Assembly: GCA_963712745.1 (NCBI GenBank)
Contig: CAVQJC010000006.1
Coordinates: forward strand, 320,001 to 384,000
Source of the DNA: an uncultured Chloroflexia bacterium
Lineage (GTDB): Bacteria > Chloroflexota > Limnocylindria > Limnocylindrales > CSP1-4
Reading direction: 5' to 3'
DNA length: 64,000 bases
The first letter of the stretch is position 1, and every line of letters starts with the position of its first letter. Below the pieces are notes generated by a model. The model searched no databases. It saw nothing but the letters and a program-made list of their open reading frames with translations, and was not told where the DNA came from. This document shows, piece by piece, positions 41,673 to 51,200 of this stretch. Position numbers and translations under genes: made by a program.

Positions 41673-43796
41673 ATGGCTACCCGACTCGAGATCACGCATG
41701 GACTGATCGCCGAGCGGGACCGGCTTTCGACCTCGGCCGACACGCTGAGTGTCACTCGGCCGACGACCGGCTCGAAGACCCGCTCCAAGGGCGTGCTCTT
41801 CATCGTCGTCAGCTCGGGCGTTCCAGGACCTCGGGCCCGGGAGGCGACGGCACTCGTGGCCGACACCATCAGGCACGAGTACTACTACGACGAGTCGGCC
41901 GGTGTGCCGGTCTGCCTGGAGAAGGCCGTCAAGAGTGCCGACCGCCGCCTGCAGGGCAGCCGGGAGGGCGCGGGCCTCCCTCCAGGATCGCTCGGCGTAG
42001 CCGCTGCCGTCATCCGCAACAACGAGCTGTACCTCGCCACCCTCGGTCCGGCTGAGGCATACCTCGTGCGCTCGGCACGGCTGTTGATGCCCGATCGCAG
42101 CTCCCCCGGCGGACTGCCCAGCAGCGACGGGCGCGGCATCGACGTCTGGCGCGGCGAGCTGAGTGTCGGCGACGGGCTCCTGCTGGTCTCTCGGAACCTG
42201 ACTGAGACCGTGGGCACCGAGGAGCTCAAGAGCGCCATCCTGACGCTCCATCCGCAGGCGGCCACCGAACACCTCCACCACCTGTTCGTGGCCGCCGGAG
42301 GCGCCGGCTCGGACGGCATCATCGCCGTCGAGGCCAAGGAGCAGACCTCGCGAGTGCAGGCCCGAGCGACGGCCTCGGTCGGTGATGCCTACGGCGATCT
42401 GCCCGGTGCGGTCCCCGAGCCGGTCGGCGGTACCGTCGGTTCGGCCATGATCGCCGTGCGTGATACAGCAGACGGCTTGCTCGACCGTTTCTGGAACGCC
42501 ATGCCCAAGCGTCGTACGAACGCCCGCGAGGTGGCCGCGGTGCACTCCCGGGCGGAGACCCGGCGGCGGGCGGCCATGGGCTTGCTGGCGCTGGTCGCGG
42601 TCGTCTTCGTGGTGGGCATCGTGCTCGCGCTCACGCCGCGCGGAGCCGATGTCAGCGAGGTCGAGCAGGTGGCCAGCTCTGATTCGGCGCTGGGTGCCGC
42701 GATGGACGCGGCCAATCGAGCGGACAACCTGCTCTCCTCGGAGCCCGACACGTCGCTGGAGTACTACCGCGACGCGTGGGCCGAGATCGAGCGTGCACGC
42801 GCGACCGGCCTGTCCGCACCTGCCCTCGACGAGCTCGAGAGTCGCGTACAGACGGGCCTCGACAAGCTCTACGGCGCGCGCTACCCGAGCATCAAGCGAG
42901 TGGCCAAGGTGCCCAAGGATGCCGACCCGGCCTACCTCGTGGAGGGCCCGCGTGGGGGTGCCATCTTCATCGATCGCGCGACAGGGATCGTCCACCGCGC
43001 GAACCTCAGGAGCGGCAAGACGGCCGACATCGTGCACGAGGGCGACAAGCAGCGCGGGACGGACAAGACCATCGGCAAACCCGTCCAATTGGCCGCCGCC
43101 GGGCCTGACGTCATCATCGTCGACGACGATGCGCGACCGTGGCGCTGGCGACCGTCGAACTCGGCCGGCGCCGGCACCCTCGCCCGGCTCGTGCTGCAGG
43201 GTGGCGCGACGTTCGGCAAGGACCACGGCGATATCGAGGCCTACGATGGCGTCGGTGAGTACCGCCTCTACGTGGCCGAACCGTCGCTCAACCAGCTCAT
43301 GCGCTATCAACAGACCTTCGATGGCAGCGCATTCTCGCCACCGGGACCCTATCTCGCCTCCCAGACCGCCGAGGTCGCCGACTTCGAGCAGCTCTACATC
43401 GACTTCGACGTCTACGCCCTGTTCGACAACGCCCTGCGGCGCCACGAGTACGGCAAGTACGACGGCGGATTCATCCTGGACACGCCGCCAGACGACGGCG
43501 ACTTGCGGCCTGGACAGGACTATCGCCTCGTCCACGGATCCGGCAGCGCTTCCACGGCCGGGCGGGTGTATCTCTACGATGCCAAGCACGGGCGGGTCGT
43601 CGGCTTCGACAAGGCCGACGGCAGCTACGTCGGCCAGTGGTTCCCGCAGGGCGACGGCACCGAGATGGACGACATCCGCGGGATGTACGTCATCGACGGC
43701 GTCTACAAGTCCAACAAGGGTAAGCGCAAGGCCGACACGCTCGTGTGGGTCACTCCCAGCGGTGTCTACCAGGCCGCACTCCCGGTCCCCGGGTAG
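41673..43796 (+). CDS. membrane protein: degenerate PP2C-like domain, TM helix, probable extracytoplasmic beta-rich domain
   Basis: LFIVVSSG, LYLATLGPAEAYLVR, GDGLLLVSRNL; TM AAMGLLALVAVVFVVGIVLAL; C-terminal LYVAE/VYLYD/MYV strands. Confidence 0.7.
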   Translation: MATRLEITHGLIAERDRLSTSADTLSVTRPTTGSKTRSKGVLFIVVSSGVPGPRAREATALVADTIRHEYYYDESAGVPVCLEKAVKSADRRLQGSREGAGLPPGSLGVAAAVIRNNELYLATLGPAEAYLVRSARLLMPDRSSPGGLPSSDGRGIDVWRGELSVGDGLLLVSRNLTETVGTEELKSAILTLHPQAATEHLHHLFVAAGGAGSDGIIAVEAKEQTSRVQARATASVGDAYGDLPGAVPEPVGGTVGSAMIAVRDTADGLLDRFWNAMPKRRTNAREVAAVHSRAETRRRAAMGLLALVAVVFVVGIVLALTPRGADVSEVEQVASSDSALGAAMDAANRADNLLSSEPDTSLEYYRDAWAEIERARATGLSAPALDELESRVQTGLDKLYGARYPSIKRVAKVPKDADPAYLVEGPRGGAIFIDRATGIVHRANLRSGKTADIVHEGDKQRGTDKTIGKPVQLAAAGPDVIIVDDDARPWRWRPSNSAGAGTLARLVLQGGATFGKDHGDIEAYDGVGEYRLYVAEPSLNQLMRYQQTFDGSAFSPPGPYLASQTAEVADFEQLYIDFDVYALFDNALRRHEYGKYDGGFILDTPPDDGDLRPGQDYRLVHGSGSASTAGRVYLYDAKHGRVVGFDKADGSYVGQWFPQGDGTEMDDIRGMYVIDGVYKSNKGKRKADTLVWVTPSGVYQAALPVPG

Positions 43797-43840
43797 GTCG
43801 CCCGCGCAGCAGCCTCAGGCCACGCCGCTAGAATCGAACC

Positions 43841-44461
43841 ATGCCTCAGGGAGCGCGCGAGATGGTGGTCGAGAGCGTGCGCGTGCACATGCTCTCATCG
43901 CAGCACGTCGTCATCCTGCGCGAGACGGACGGCGAGCGCTACCTGCCCATCTGGATCGGCAGCTGGGAAGCCCAGTCCATCGCCATGAAGTTGCAGGGCG
44001 TGGAGGCGGAGCGGCCACTGACCCATGACCTGCTGGCGTCGATCCTCGACGACCTCTCGGTCAGCGTCCGCCATATCCTCGTGTCAGACCTCGCCGACGA
44101 GACCTTCCGCGCCCGCATCATCCTCATCCAGGGTGGCAGCGACTACGAGATCGACGCCCGGCCGTCGGATGCCATCGCCCTCGCCGTGCGCGTGGCTGCG
44201 CCCATCTTCGCCACCGACGCGGTGCTCGACCGCGCCGGCGTCATCCCGGAGGCCGACGAGGAGGAGAAGCTCAGCGTCTTCCGCGAGTTCGTCAACTCGC
44301 TCGAGAGCGAGCCTGAGGGTCCGGGCGCTGGTCCGGGTGGGCAAGGCGGACGCTCGCCGGGGGCGACGCCGCCCGACGACCTGCCCGATGAGACCCCGCT
44401 GGATGACCGGCTGGGCCACGGTGACGAGCGCCCCGACGAGGATACCGGCGCCTTCGGCTAG
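43841..44461 (+). CDS. bifunctional nuclease family protein (DUF151)
   Basis: RYLPIWIGSWEA, RPLTHDLL, IDARPSDAIALAVR. Confidence 0.93.
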   Translation: MPQGAREMVVESVRVHMLSSQHVVILRETDGERYLPIWIGSWEAQSIAMKLQGVEAERPLTHDLLASILDDLSVSVRHILVSDLADETFRARIILIQGGSDYEIDARPSDAIALAVRVAAPIFATDAVLDRAGVIPEADEEEKLSVFREFVNSLESEPEGPGAGPGGQGGRSPGATPPDDLPDETPLDDRLGHGDERPDEDTGAFG

Positions 44462-44489
44462 CGGCGATTCGGGCGCCCGGGTCGCGGCC

Positions 44490-45308
44490 TCAGCCGAGGA
44501 TCGGCTGACCGCGCTCGAGTGCCTCGGCCCGGTTCACCCACAAGCGCAGGCGCAGGGACCAGAAATCACGCACCGCTCGCAGCACGACGCGCGGGTCCGC
44601 TCCCGAGGCGCGGCCGGCGGTTCGGGGGTAGTGCGGGACGCCCTCCTCCGCGATGCGCCCGCCCCGCTGGCCGATCTTGATGAGCAGTTCGGCCGAGAGG
44701 AAGGCACCTCCGGACTCCACGCGCACGCCCTCGAGCGCATCTCGCCGGAATAGCTTGCAGGCACAGTCGGGGTCCCGCACCCGCAGCCTGAAGAACGTGG
44801 CCAGGGCCGCCCGATAGGCGCGCGCGTAGGCCAGGCGGACGGGCGGATCGGCCCGCTTGATACGGAAGCCGGCTACGACATCGGCGACCCTCCCGTCGGC
44901 TGCGGCCACGTCCAGCCGGGCGGTCAGCCGGGCCAGGTCCGCGACCTTGAACTGGCGATCGCCGTCGGTGAAACAGATGAGTGGATAGCGTGCGGCGGCC
45001 AGCCCAGAGCGGACGGCCGAGCCGTAGCCGAGGTTGAGCGGGTGGTGGACCGCGCGAACGATATCGGGGTGTTCCGCGGCCAGCCTGTCCGCGATGGCGC
45101 CGGTGCCGTCGGTACTGCCATCGTCGACGGCGATGATCTCGAAGCGCTCGGCGAGGTGGGGCAGCTCGGCCAGGGCTTCGTCGACCAGGTCTTCGATGTT
45201 CTCGGCCTCGTCGTGCGCGGGGAAGAAGTAGCTCAGCTCCGCGACGCGCGCCCGATCCGCGACGCGGGCGCGCCGGTCGTCGCTGTGTGGGGCGTTCGGT
45301 TCGGGCAC
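44490..45308 (-). CDS. GT2 glycosyltransferase (DPM/polyprenol-phosphate sugar synthase-like)
   Basis: FFPAHDE, VDDGSTDGT, NLGYG, FTDGDRQF, DPDCACKLF. Confidence 0.88.
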   Translation of the reverse strand: MPEPNAPHSDDRRARVADRARVAELSYFFPAHDEAENIEDLVDEALAELPHLAERFEIIAVDDGSTDGTGAIADRLAAEHPDIVRAVHHPLNLGYGSAVRSGLAAARYPLICFTDGDRQFKVADLARLTARLDVAAADGRVADVVAGFRIKRADPPVRLAYARAYRAALATFFRLRVRDPDCACKLFRRDALEGVRVESGGAFLSAELLIKIGQRGGRIAEEGVPHYPRTAGRASGADPRVVLRAVRDFWSLRLRLWVNRAEALERGQPILG

Positions 45309-45336
45309 AGCTCCAATCCTAAGGGTCACAGCCTCA

Positions 45337-46869
45337 TCAGTCCCCGTCGCTCCTGTCACCGTCCGTCGCCGGCCCCACCACCCGATAGAGCTCGCCGGGA
45401 ACCCCCGGTACAAGCTCCAGCTCGTAGAGTCGCTCCAGCGCCTCCCGGTCCTCCTTGATGCGGACGATGTACACCGGGCGCTCGCCGAGGAAGTGGTCGA
45501 TGGCGCCACGGACGTCACCGTAGCCATCGTCGAGGATGTCCCGGTCATCGAGGATGACGAGGTCCTCGCGACGCCCTTCTACCCAGCGTCCGTACCACAA
45601 CGGCGTGGAGAAGGACCACCACGAGATGACCGCAGCCTCCGGCTCCAGAGCCTCGAAGGCGGCTTCCAGGTAGTCACGGCCCCGGGTCTCCCCCGACGCG
45701 TCCATGGCCTCGTAGCGGTCAAGCGCCGGCAGCAGCACGGCCGCCATCAGGGCCAGCGACAGGCCGCCAGCCGCCAGGCCGGGCCATGGCCGTCGTGCAT
45801 CAGGGATGACCGTGCGCAACGAGTCCCAGATGACTTCGCCCGAGAAGCCGACCCAGAGCGCTGCGACCAGCAGTGGCACCAGGTAGTAGCGCTCGATGAC
45901 CGCGTTGCTGTAGCCCGCGGCGAAGAGCCAGGTAGCGCCGAACCAGAGCAGGCCCAGGAGCGTCAGGCGCGGATGCCGGCGGAGGCCCAGGATGGCTCCC
46001 GAGACGGCCAGGATCGACAGGACGCCAAGGTTGCGCACGAGCTCGTCCCAGGCGCCCGAGACGAGTTCCGCGAGCGGTGGCAGTCCGCCGAAGGAGCCGC
46101 GGAACTGTTGACCCAGGACGACGTACCAGAAGCGCTCCCACGTTTCCGGGTCGGCATAGTCGAGGCCGGGGTCCATGGCCGACCGCAATGGCAGGTAGAG
46201 ATAGACGAGGGCCGTCGTGAGCGCCAGCGCGGCGACACACGCCAGCACCAGGCGCCACTGCCGCCAGAGGATGCGCGGCGCCACCAGCAGCACGAAGACG
46301 GCGATGCCTGGCGCCAGCAGCAGGGTCAGGGCGTGGTTGCCCAGGGCCAGGCCGAAAGCGATCGCACATGCCACCAGCCAGCGTCCGGCGCCTTTGCCGC
46401 CCGCCGCGACCCGCGCCTGCCAGCCACCAAGCAGCACCAGCATGAGCGCGGCCATGAAGACGTGGAGCGCGTGCGGGTCGGCGCGCAGGCCCCACTTCCA
46501 GGCCACCGGGGTGACCGCGAACGCGAGCCCTGCGGCCAGACCCAACTGCCAGCGGCGCGTGGCCATGACCACCCGCACCGCCAACAGGGCAGCGGCCCCG
46601 GCCATGAGGCAGGCCGAAAGCAGGTCGGCCCGATAGGCCTCGTTGCCGAAGGGCGCGAAGACGACCGAGCCGAGCCAGGCCAGCAGCGTATAGGTCGGGT
46701 AGCCGGTGGGGTGGGCGATGCCCAGCACCGGGCCGACCGCCTGGAACTCGGCGGTATCCCACAGGCCCACGTCGGGCAGGAGCGTGCGGAGGTAGAGGCC
46801 CAGGGCCAGCAGGAATACCGGGATGGCCCCCAGCGCGTACTCACGACGGGCCGGGCGGGTCAGGTTCAC
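45337..46869 (-). CDS. DUF2723 / TMEM260-like GT-C glycosyltransferase (probable O-mannosyltransferase)
   Basis: DTAEFQ, LGIAHPTGYPTY, GNH, YLYLPLR; many TM helices; GTGA overlap with the upstream gene. Confidence 0.82.
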   Translation of the reverse strand: MNLTRPARREYALGAIPVFLLALGLYLRTLLPDVGLWDTAEFQAVGPVLGIAHPTGYPTYTLLAWLGSVVFAPFGNEAYRADLLSACLMAGAAALLAVRVVMATRRWQLGLAAGLAFAVTPVAWKWGLRADPHALHVFMAALMLVLLGGWQARVAAGGKGAGRWLVACAIAFGLALGNHALTLLLAPGIAVFVLLVAPRILWRQWRLVLACVAALALTTALVYLYLPLRSAMDPGLDYADPETWERFWYVVLGQQFRGSFGGLPPLAELVSGAWDELVRNLGVLSILAVSGAILGLRRHPRLTLLGLLWFGATWLFAAGYSNAVIERYYLVPLLVAALWVGFSGEVIWDSLRTVIPDARRPWPGLAAGGLSLALMAAVLLPALDRYEAMDASGETRGRDYLEAAFEALEPEAAVISWWSFSTPLWYGRWVEGRREDLVILDDRDILDDGYGDVRGAIDHFLGERPVYIVRIKEDREALERLYELELVPGVPGELYRVVGPATDGDRSDGD

Positions 46870-48257
46870 CACCCCAGCGTCACGCCCCAGTAGACGCCCC
46901 AGGCGTTGACCGCGACTGAGGCCCCCACCAGCGCGAGCGCGAGCCAGCCTGTGCCTAGGCGGGCGATGCCCAGGGTCGCCAGGATCACCGCGAACGGCGC
47001 GAAGTCGTTGCTGAAGCGGTAGCCGAACTGCACCCAGCCCTGGCTGAAGTGCATGAGGTCGGCAAGGGCGATGGCGATGACGGCCAGTGCAGCGCCGGCT
47101 ACCAGGCGGCGGCGCCAGCAGCGCAGCAGCACCGGGATCATCAGCAAGTAGGCCGGGCTCACCAGCAGGATGCTCATACCCATGGGGCTGGGCCGCAGCA
47201 GAGGGCACTCACGGTCGGTGAGCGAGTCGAGCCCGAGGTTCCGCGTGGCACAGGCTGGGTCGTCGAGCAACGGCATCTCGGGCAGCGAGCCCAGCATGAT
47301 GCCGAGGCTCTGGGGAATGTAGCGCGGGTCTTCGGCCGCCCACTCAGGATGGACCAATCCCGGCTGAGGCCGGTACTCGACCTCGTAGAGATAGTCGTAG
47401 GCCGGGTGGAAGACCTCGCCGGTAGTGACGAGGTTGTAGCCGGTGAGCAGCAGAACCGGGATGAGGGCGCCGGCGCCGGCGGCCAGTGTGCGCCGTGGCC
47501 ATGAGCCTCCCCCACCGACGAGGGCGAAGAAGGGCGCGCCGAAGATGGTGGTCAGCCGCGCTGTGGCTGCCGCCCCGAGGGCCAGTCCAGCCGCGAACTG
47601 GCGGCCCAGGGTCCGTCGTCCGGCACCGGCCCGCTGGGGGAGCACGCTCGCCTCGGCGCGCGTGGCCACGGCGATGGCGATGAAGAGGAAGGTCGAGGCC
47701 ACGACGTGGGCCAGGAACCAGGTCGTGCCCAGCATGGCCGCGTACCAGGCCACCGTGCCGAAGCCGTAGAAGACGGTGCCTGCCAGGGCCGCCGAGCGAC
47801 GTGGCGTCACGCCCAGCAGCATGACCCAGCAGAGCACGACGTTGACCGCCCCCAGGGCCGCTGCCACGCCAGAGCCGTTGGTGCCCAGGCCCCACACCGC
47901 CACGAACGGCAGCAGCACGATCGCTGGCAGCGGCGGGAAGGGGATCTGAGCGCGGTCCGGCCCCACCGGCAGCACGTCCTGGAAGTAGCCATTCTGGTAC
48001 GGCCCCTCCGTCACCGGATAGGCGATCTCGGCGCGGCCATGGAGGAAGGCGTCCGCCTGCCATACGAAATGGTCGTAGAGATCGCCGCGAGCCGGGTTGG
48101 AGCCGACATAGACGATGAGCGCCACGACGAAGAGGGCGATCGAGACCCAGGCGGGGTCGATACGGGCCAGCCGAGCCTCGAGCCAGGCGCCGGGCCCCGA
48201 CTCGGGTCGGGGCGCGTCTGGGGAGGACAGGGGGCCCGTTGATATACTCGCGCTCAC
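46866..48257 (-). CDS. multi-pass membrane protein, probable GT-C fold glycosyltransferase
   Basis: YDHFVWQADAFLHGR, PFPPLP, GWVQFGYRFSNDF; many TM helices; GT cluster context. Confidence 0.6.
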   Translation of the reverse strand: MSASISTGPLSSPDAPRPESGPGAWLEARLARIDPAWVSIALFVVALIVYVGSNPARGDLYDHFVWQADAFLHGRAEIAYPVTEGPYQNGYFQDVLPVGPDRAQIPFPPLPAIVLLPFVAVWGLGTNGSGVAAALGAVNVVLCWVMLLGVTPRRSAALAGTVFYGFGTVAWYAAMLGTTWFLAHVVASTFLFIAIAVATRAEASVLPQRAGAGRRTLGRQFAAGLALGAAATARLTTIFGAPFFALVGGGGSWPRRTLAAGAGALIPVLLLTGYNLVTTGEVFHPAYDYLYEVEYRPQPGLVHPEWAAEDPRYIPQSLGIMLGSLPEMPLLDDPACATRNLGLDSLTDRECPLLRPSPMGMSILLVSPAYLLMIPVLLRCWRRRLVAGAALAVIAIALADLMHFSQGWVQFGYRFSNDFAPFAVILATLGIARLGTGWLALALVGASVAVNAWGVYWGVTLGW

Positions 48258-48290
48258 CTCATCGCTTTCCCAGGAGGCAGGACGTCGTCG

Positions 48291-51200
48291 GTGACCTCGA
48301 CCCTGGTGCAAGGGGTCGGCCGTAGCCACGGAGAGCCGGTCCGCCCCCTTTCCGTGCTCGCCCTGAGCCCCGCCATCATCGTCCTGCTGCTCGGCGGTCT
48401 GGCACTGCGGCTAACTATCGCATACGTGCTCTTCCCGGCCTCGGGCTTCGAGTCGGACCTGGCCTCCTATGCGTCGTGGGCCGGCTCGATGGCCGAGTTC
48501 GGCCCCGGCGGCTTCTACCAGAACGCCGGTTTCTCCGACTACCCGCCGGCCTATCTCTACGTGCTCTGGGGCCTGGGCCTGCTGGCCGGGTCTGCCGGCG
48601 ATGCCGCCGAGCTGGTCAAGCTGCCGCCCATCCTGCTCGACATCGCGGTCGGGTACTTCATCTTCAGGTTGGTGCGCGGTTGGACCTGGCCCGGGCCTCG
48701 CAGCGAGGCGCTGGCGCTGGTCGCCGCCGCCCTCTACCTGTTCAACCCGGTGTCCTTCTACGACTCGGCCCTCTGGGGCCAGACCGACGCGGCCGGGGCC
48801 CTGGTGCTGTTGCTGGGCCTGGCCGCGCTCATCCGCGGCAACAGCGAGGGTGCCGCGGCCATGGCCGCGACCGCAGCCCTGGTCAAGCCGCAGTTCGGGG
48901 TGGTGCTTATCCCCCTCGTGGCCGCCGTCCTCGTCAAGCGGCACCTGCTGCAGGCCGGCTCGGGGCCACGCAAGCGGCCATGGGTGCCCGGGACGCTCGG
49001 CCGCTGGCTGGCGCGCGAACAGGGCCCACTGCGACTGCTGACGGCCGTGGGGGTCGCCTGGCTGGCCTACCTCGTGATCGCGCTGCCCTTCGGCCTGGGC
49101 CCAGACGAATACCTCGAGCGCATGTTCGGCACCGCCGGTGGCTACGGCTATCTCAGCGTCAACGCCTTCAACCTGTGGGCGCTCGTCGGTGTCGATGGGC
49201 AGCCCTCGCTGGCCGATGCGCTGCGCTGGAACGAGGACACGCTGGAGCTTCTGGGCCCGCTGCCGGGCCTCGCCATCGGTGCGACCCTGCTGGTCGCGGG
49301 CTTCCTCTGGGGCGTCGTTCGCGGCGCGGTGCGCGACGATCGCTGGACGCTCATCGTGGCCATCACGTTCCTGGCCATCGCCTTCTTCATCCTGCCCACG
49401 CGGGTCCACGAGCGCTACATCTTCCCGGCCGTCGCGCTGATGCCGCTGCTGGCAGTGGTGCAGCGTCGCTGGGCGCTGGCGCTGCTGCTCTTGAGCGTGG
49501 GCGCCTTCATCAACCTGCACGCCATCCTGACGCTGCCGCTCTACGGCAGTAGCAACGTCGAGACGCTGCCGCTGGGGGAGTGGTTCAGGAGCCAGCCGCT
49601 GGTGGTGCTCTCGGCGCTGCTGCAGACGAGCGTGGGCCTGTGGGCGGCCTGGCAGCTGCGTCCCTCGCTACGCACCAGCCCAGACCGATTCGATTACGCC
49701 TCGGCCCCCGCGGGGGAGGGGGTGCCAGCGCTCGCGCCACCCTCGAGCTACCCGGCGCTGCCGCCCTCGCCGGAGCTCTGGGTCCGCGGGCCTGGTGTCG
49801 TGGACCAGGTCGTGTCCCGTCTCTCGTGGGGCTCGCTGCGGCGCGACCGTAGCGCGACCCTGGCGTGGGAGCGGGGCGGGCGCCTCGACCGGCGCGACCT
49901 GCTCATCGTGGCCGTGCTGGCCGTGCTCGTGCTCGGCATCCGCGGCTTCCGTCTGGACCAGCCGGTGCGCATGTACTTCGACGAGGTCTACCACGCTCGC
50001 ACGGCCACCGAGTTCCTGCAGCAGTGGCAGTACGGCGAGCCTCACGACATCTACGAGTTCACCCACCCGCACCTGGCCAAGTACGCCATGGCCTGGGGTA
50101 TCCGCCTCGCCGGCGGTAATCACATCACGGGCTCCGCCGAGCTGGGGGTGCCAGTAGCCGACACCGCTCTCGAGCGACGCTGGGCGCGATCGGCCGAGGA
50201 CGAGCGGCGCCGGGGCGACCGGCTGTGGGTCGGGACCGGCAGCGCCCTGCGCGCCTACGACCTGGAGACCGACAGGTTGGTGGCCGAGGTCCCCTTGGCC
50301 GCGGCCGCCGTGGCGGTGGACGACGCTGGTCATCGTCTCTTCGTGGCCGATTCCGTGGGCCGCCTCTACCGGCTGGACACGACCGTGCTCGACGGCGCGC
50401 CGGGAGGCCAGGCCCTCCTCGAGACCATACCGCAGCCCCTGTCCCCGGGCCCCGGTGCCCCGGTCGAGCGACTGCTCGCTACCGATACATCCCTTGTGGC
50501 GGCCACCCGTGGCGCGCTCAGATCCTTCGACCCCGAGACTGGCGAGCTCGTCTCCGAACGACTGATGGTGGGGGTCACCGACCTGCTCGAGCTGCCGTGG
50601 GCCGAGCGCCTGGTCGTCGATACCCGCGCGTTGCCCGACCGCGAGGTCGCGGCCGATCTCCTGGCCGAAGCCCTCGCCACGGACCGTGAGCCGCTGGCCG
50701 AACGCCTGGCGGCCGAGGGTTCGGTGGTCATCGCTGCCTGGCTCGACGAGAGCGCGGCCGATGCTGTGCTGGCGCTGATCGAGGCCGGTGACCTGCCCGG
50801 GGCAGAGCTGGCGTCGGCGCCGCTGTTGGCCGTGGCCGATCACTCCGGCGTGAGTGTGCTCGACGCCTGGACGCTCGACCCGGTCGATGACATCGCCAGC
50901 GCGTCCGCCGTCAGCGCGCTGATGCTGGCCGAGCCGGCGAGCGACGAACCCACGCTCTACGCCGCCGCCGGGCCCGAGCTCCTGACGGTGCCGCTGCTGG
51001 AGGATGGACCCGGCATCCCTGAGACGATGTGGATGCCTGGCCAGACGCGCGGCCTCGCCTGGAACGAGTCGGCTGGCCTGGCTCATGTGCTGGGCGACGC
51101 GCCCGAGGGTGGGCCCACGGTCTACGTGGTCGAGCCCCGGGGCCGATCGGTCTTCATCGACGTGCCGCTGCCCTACGAACCGCTGCGGCTGCTGGCCGAC

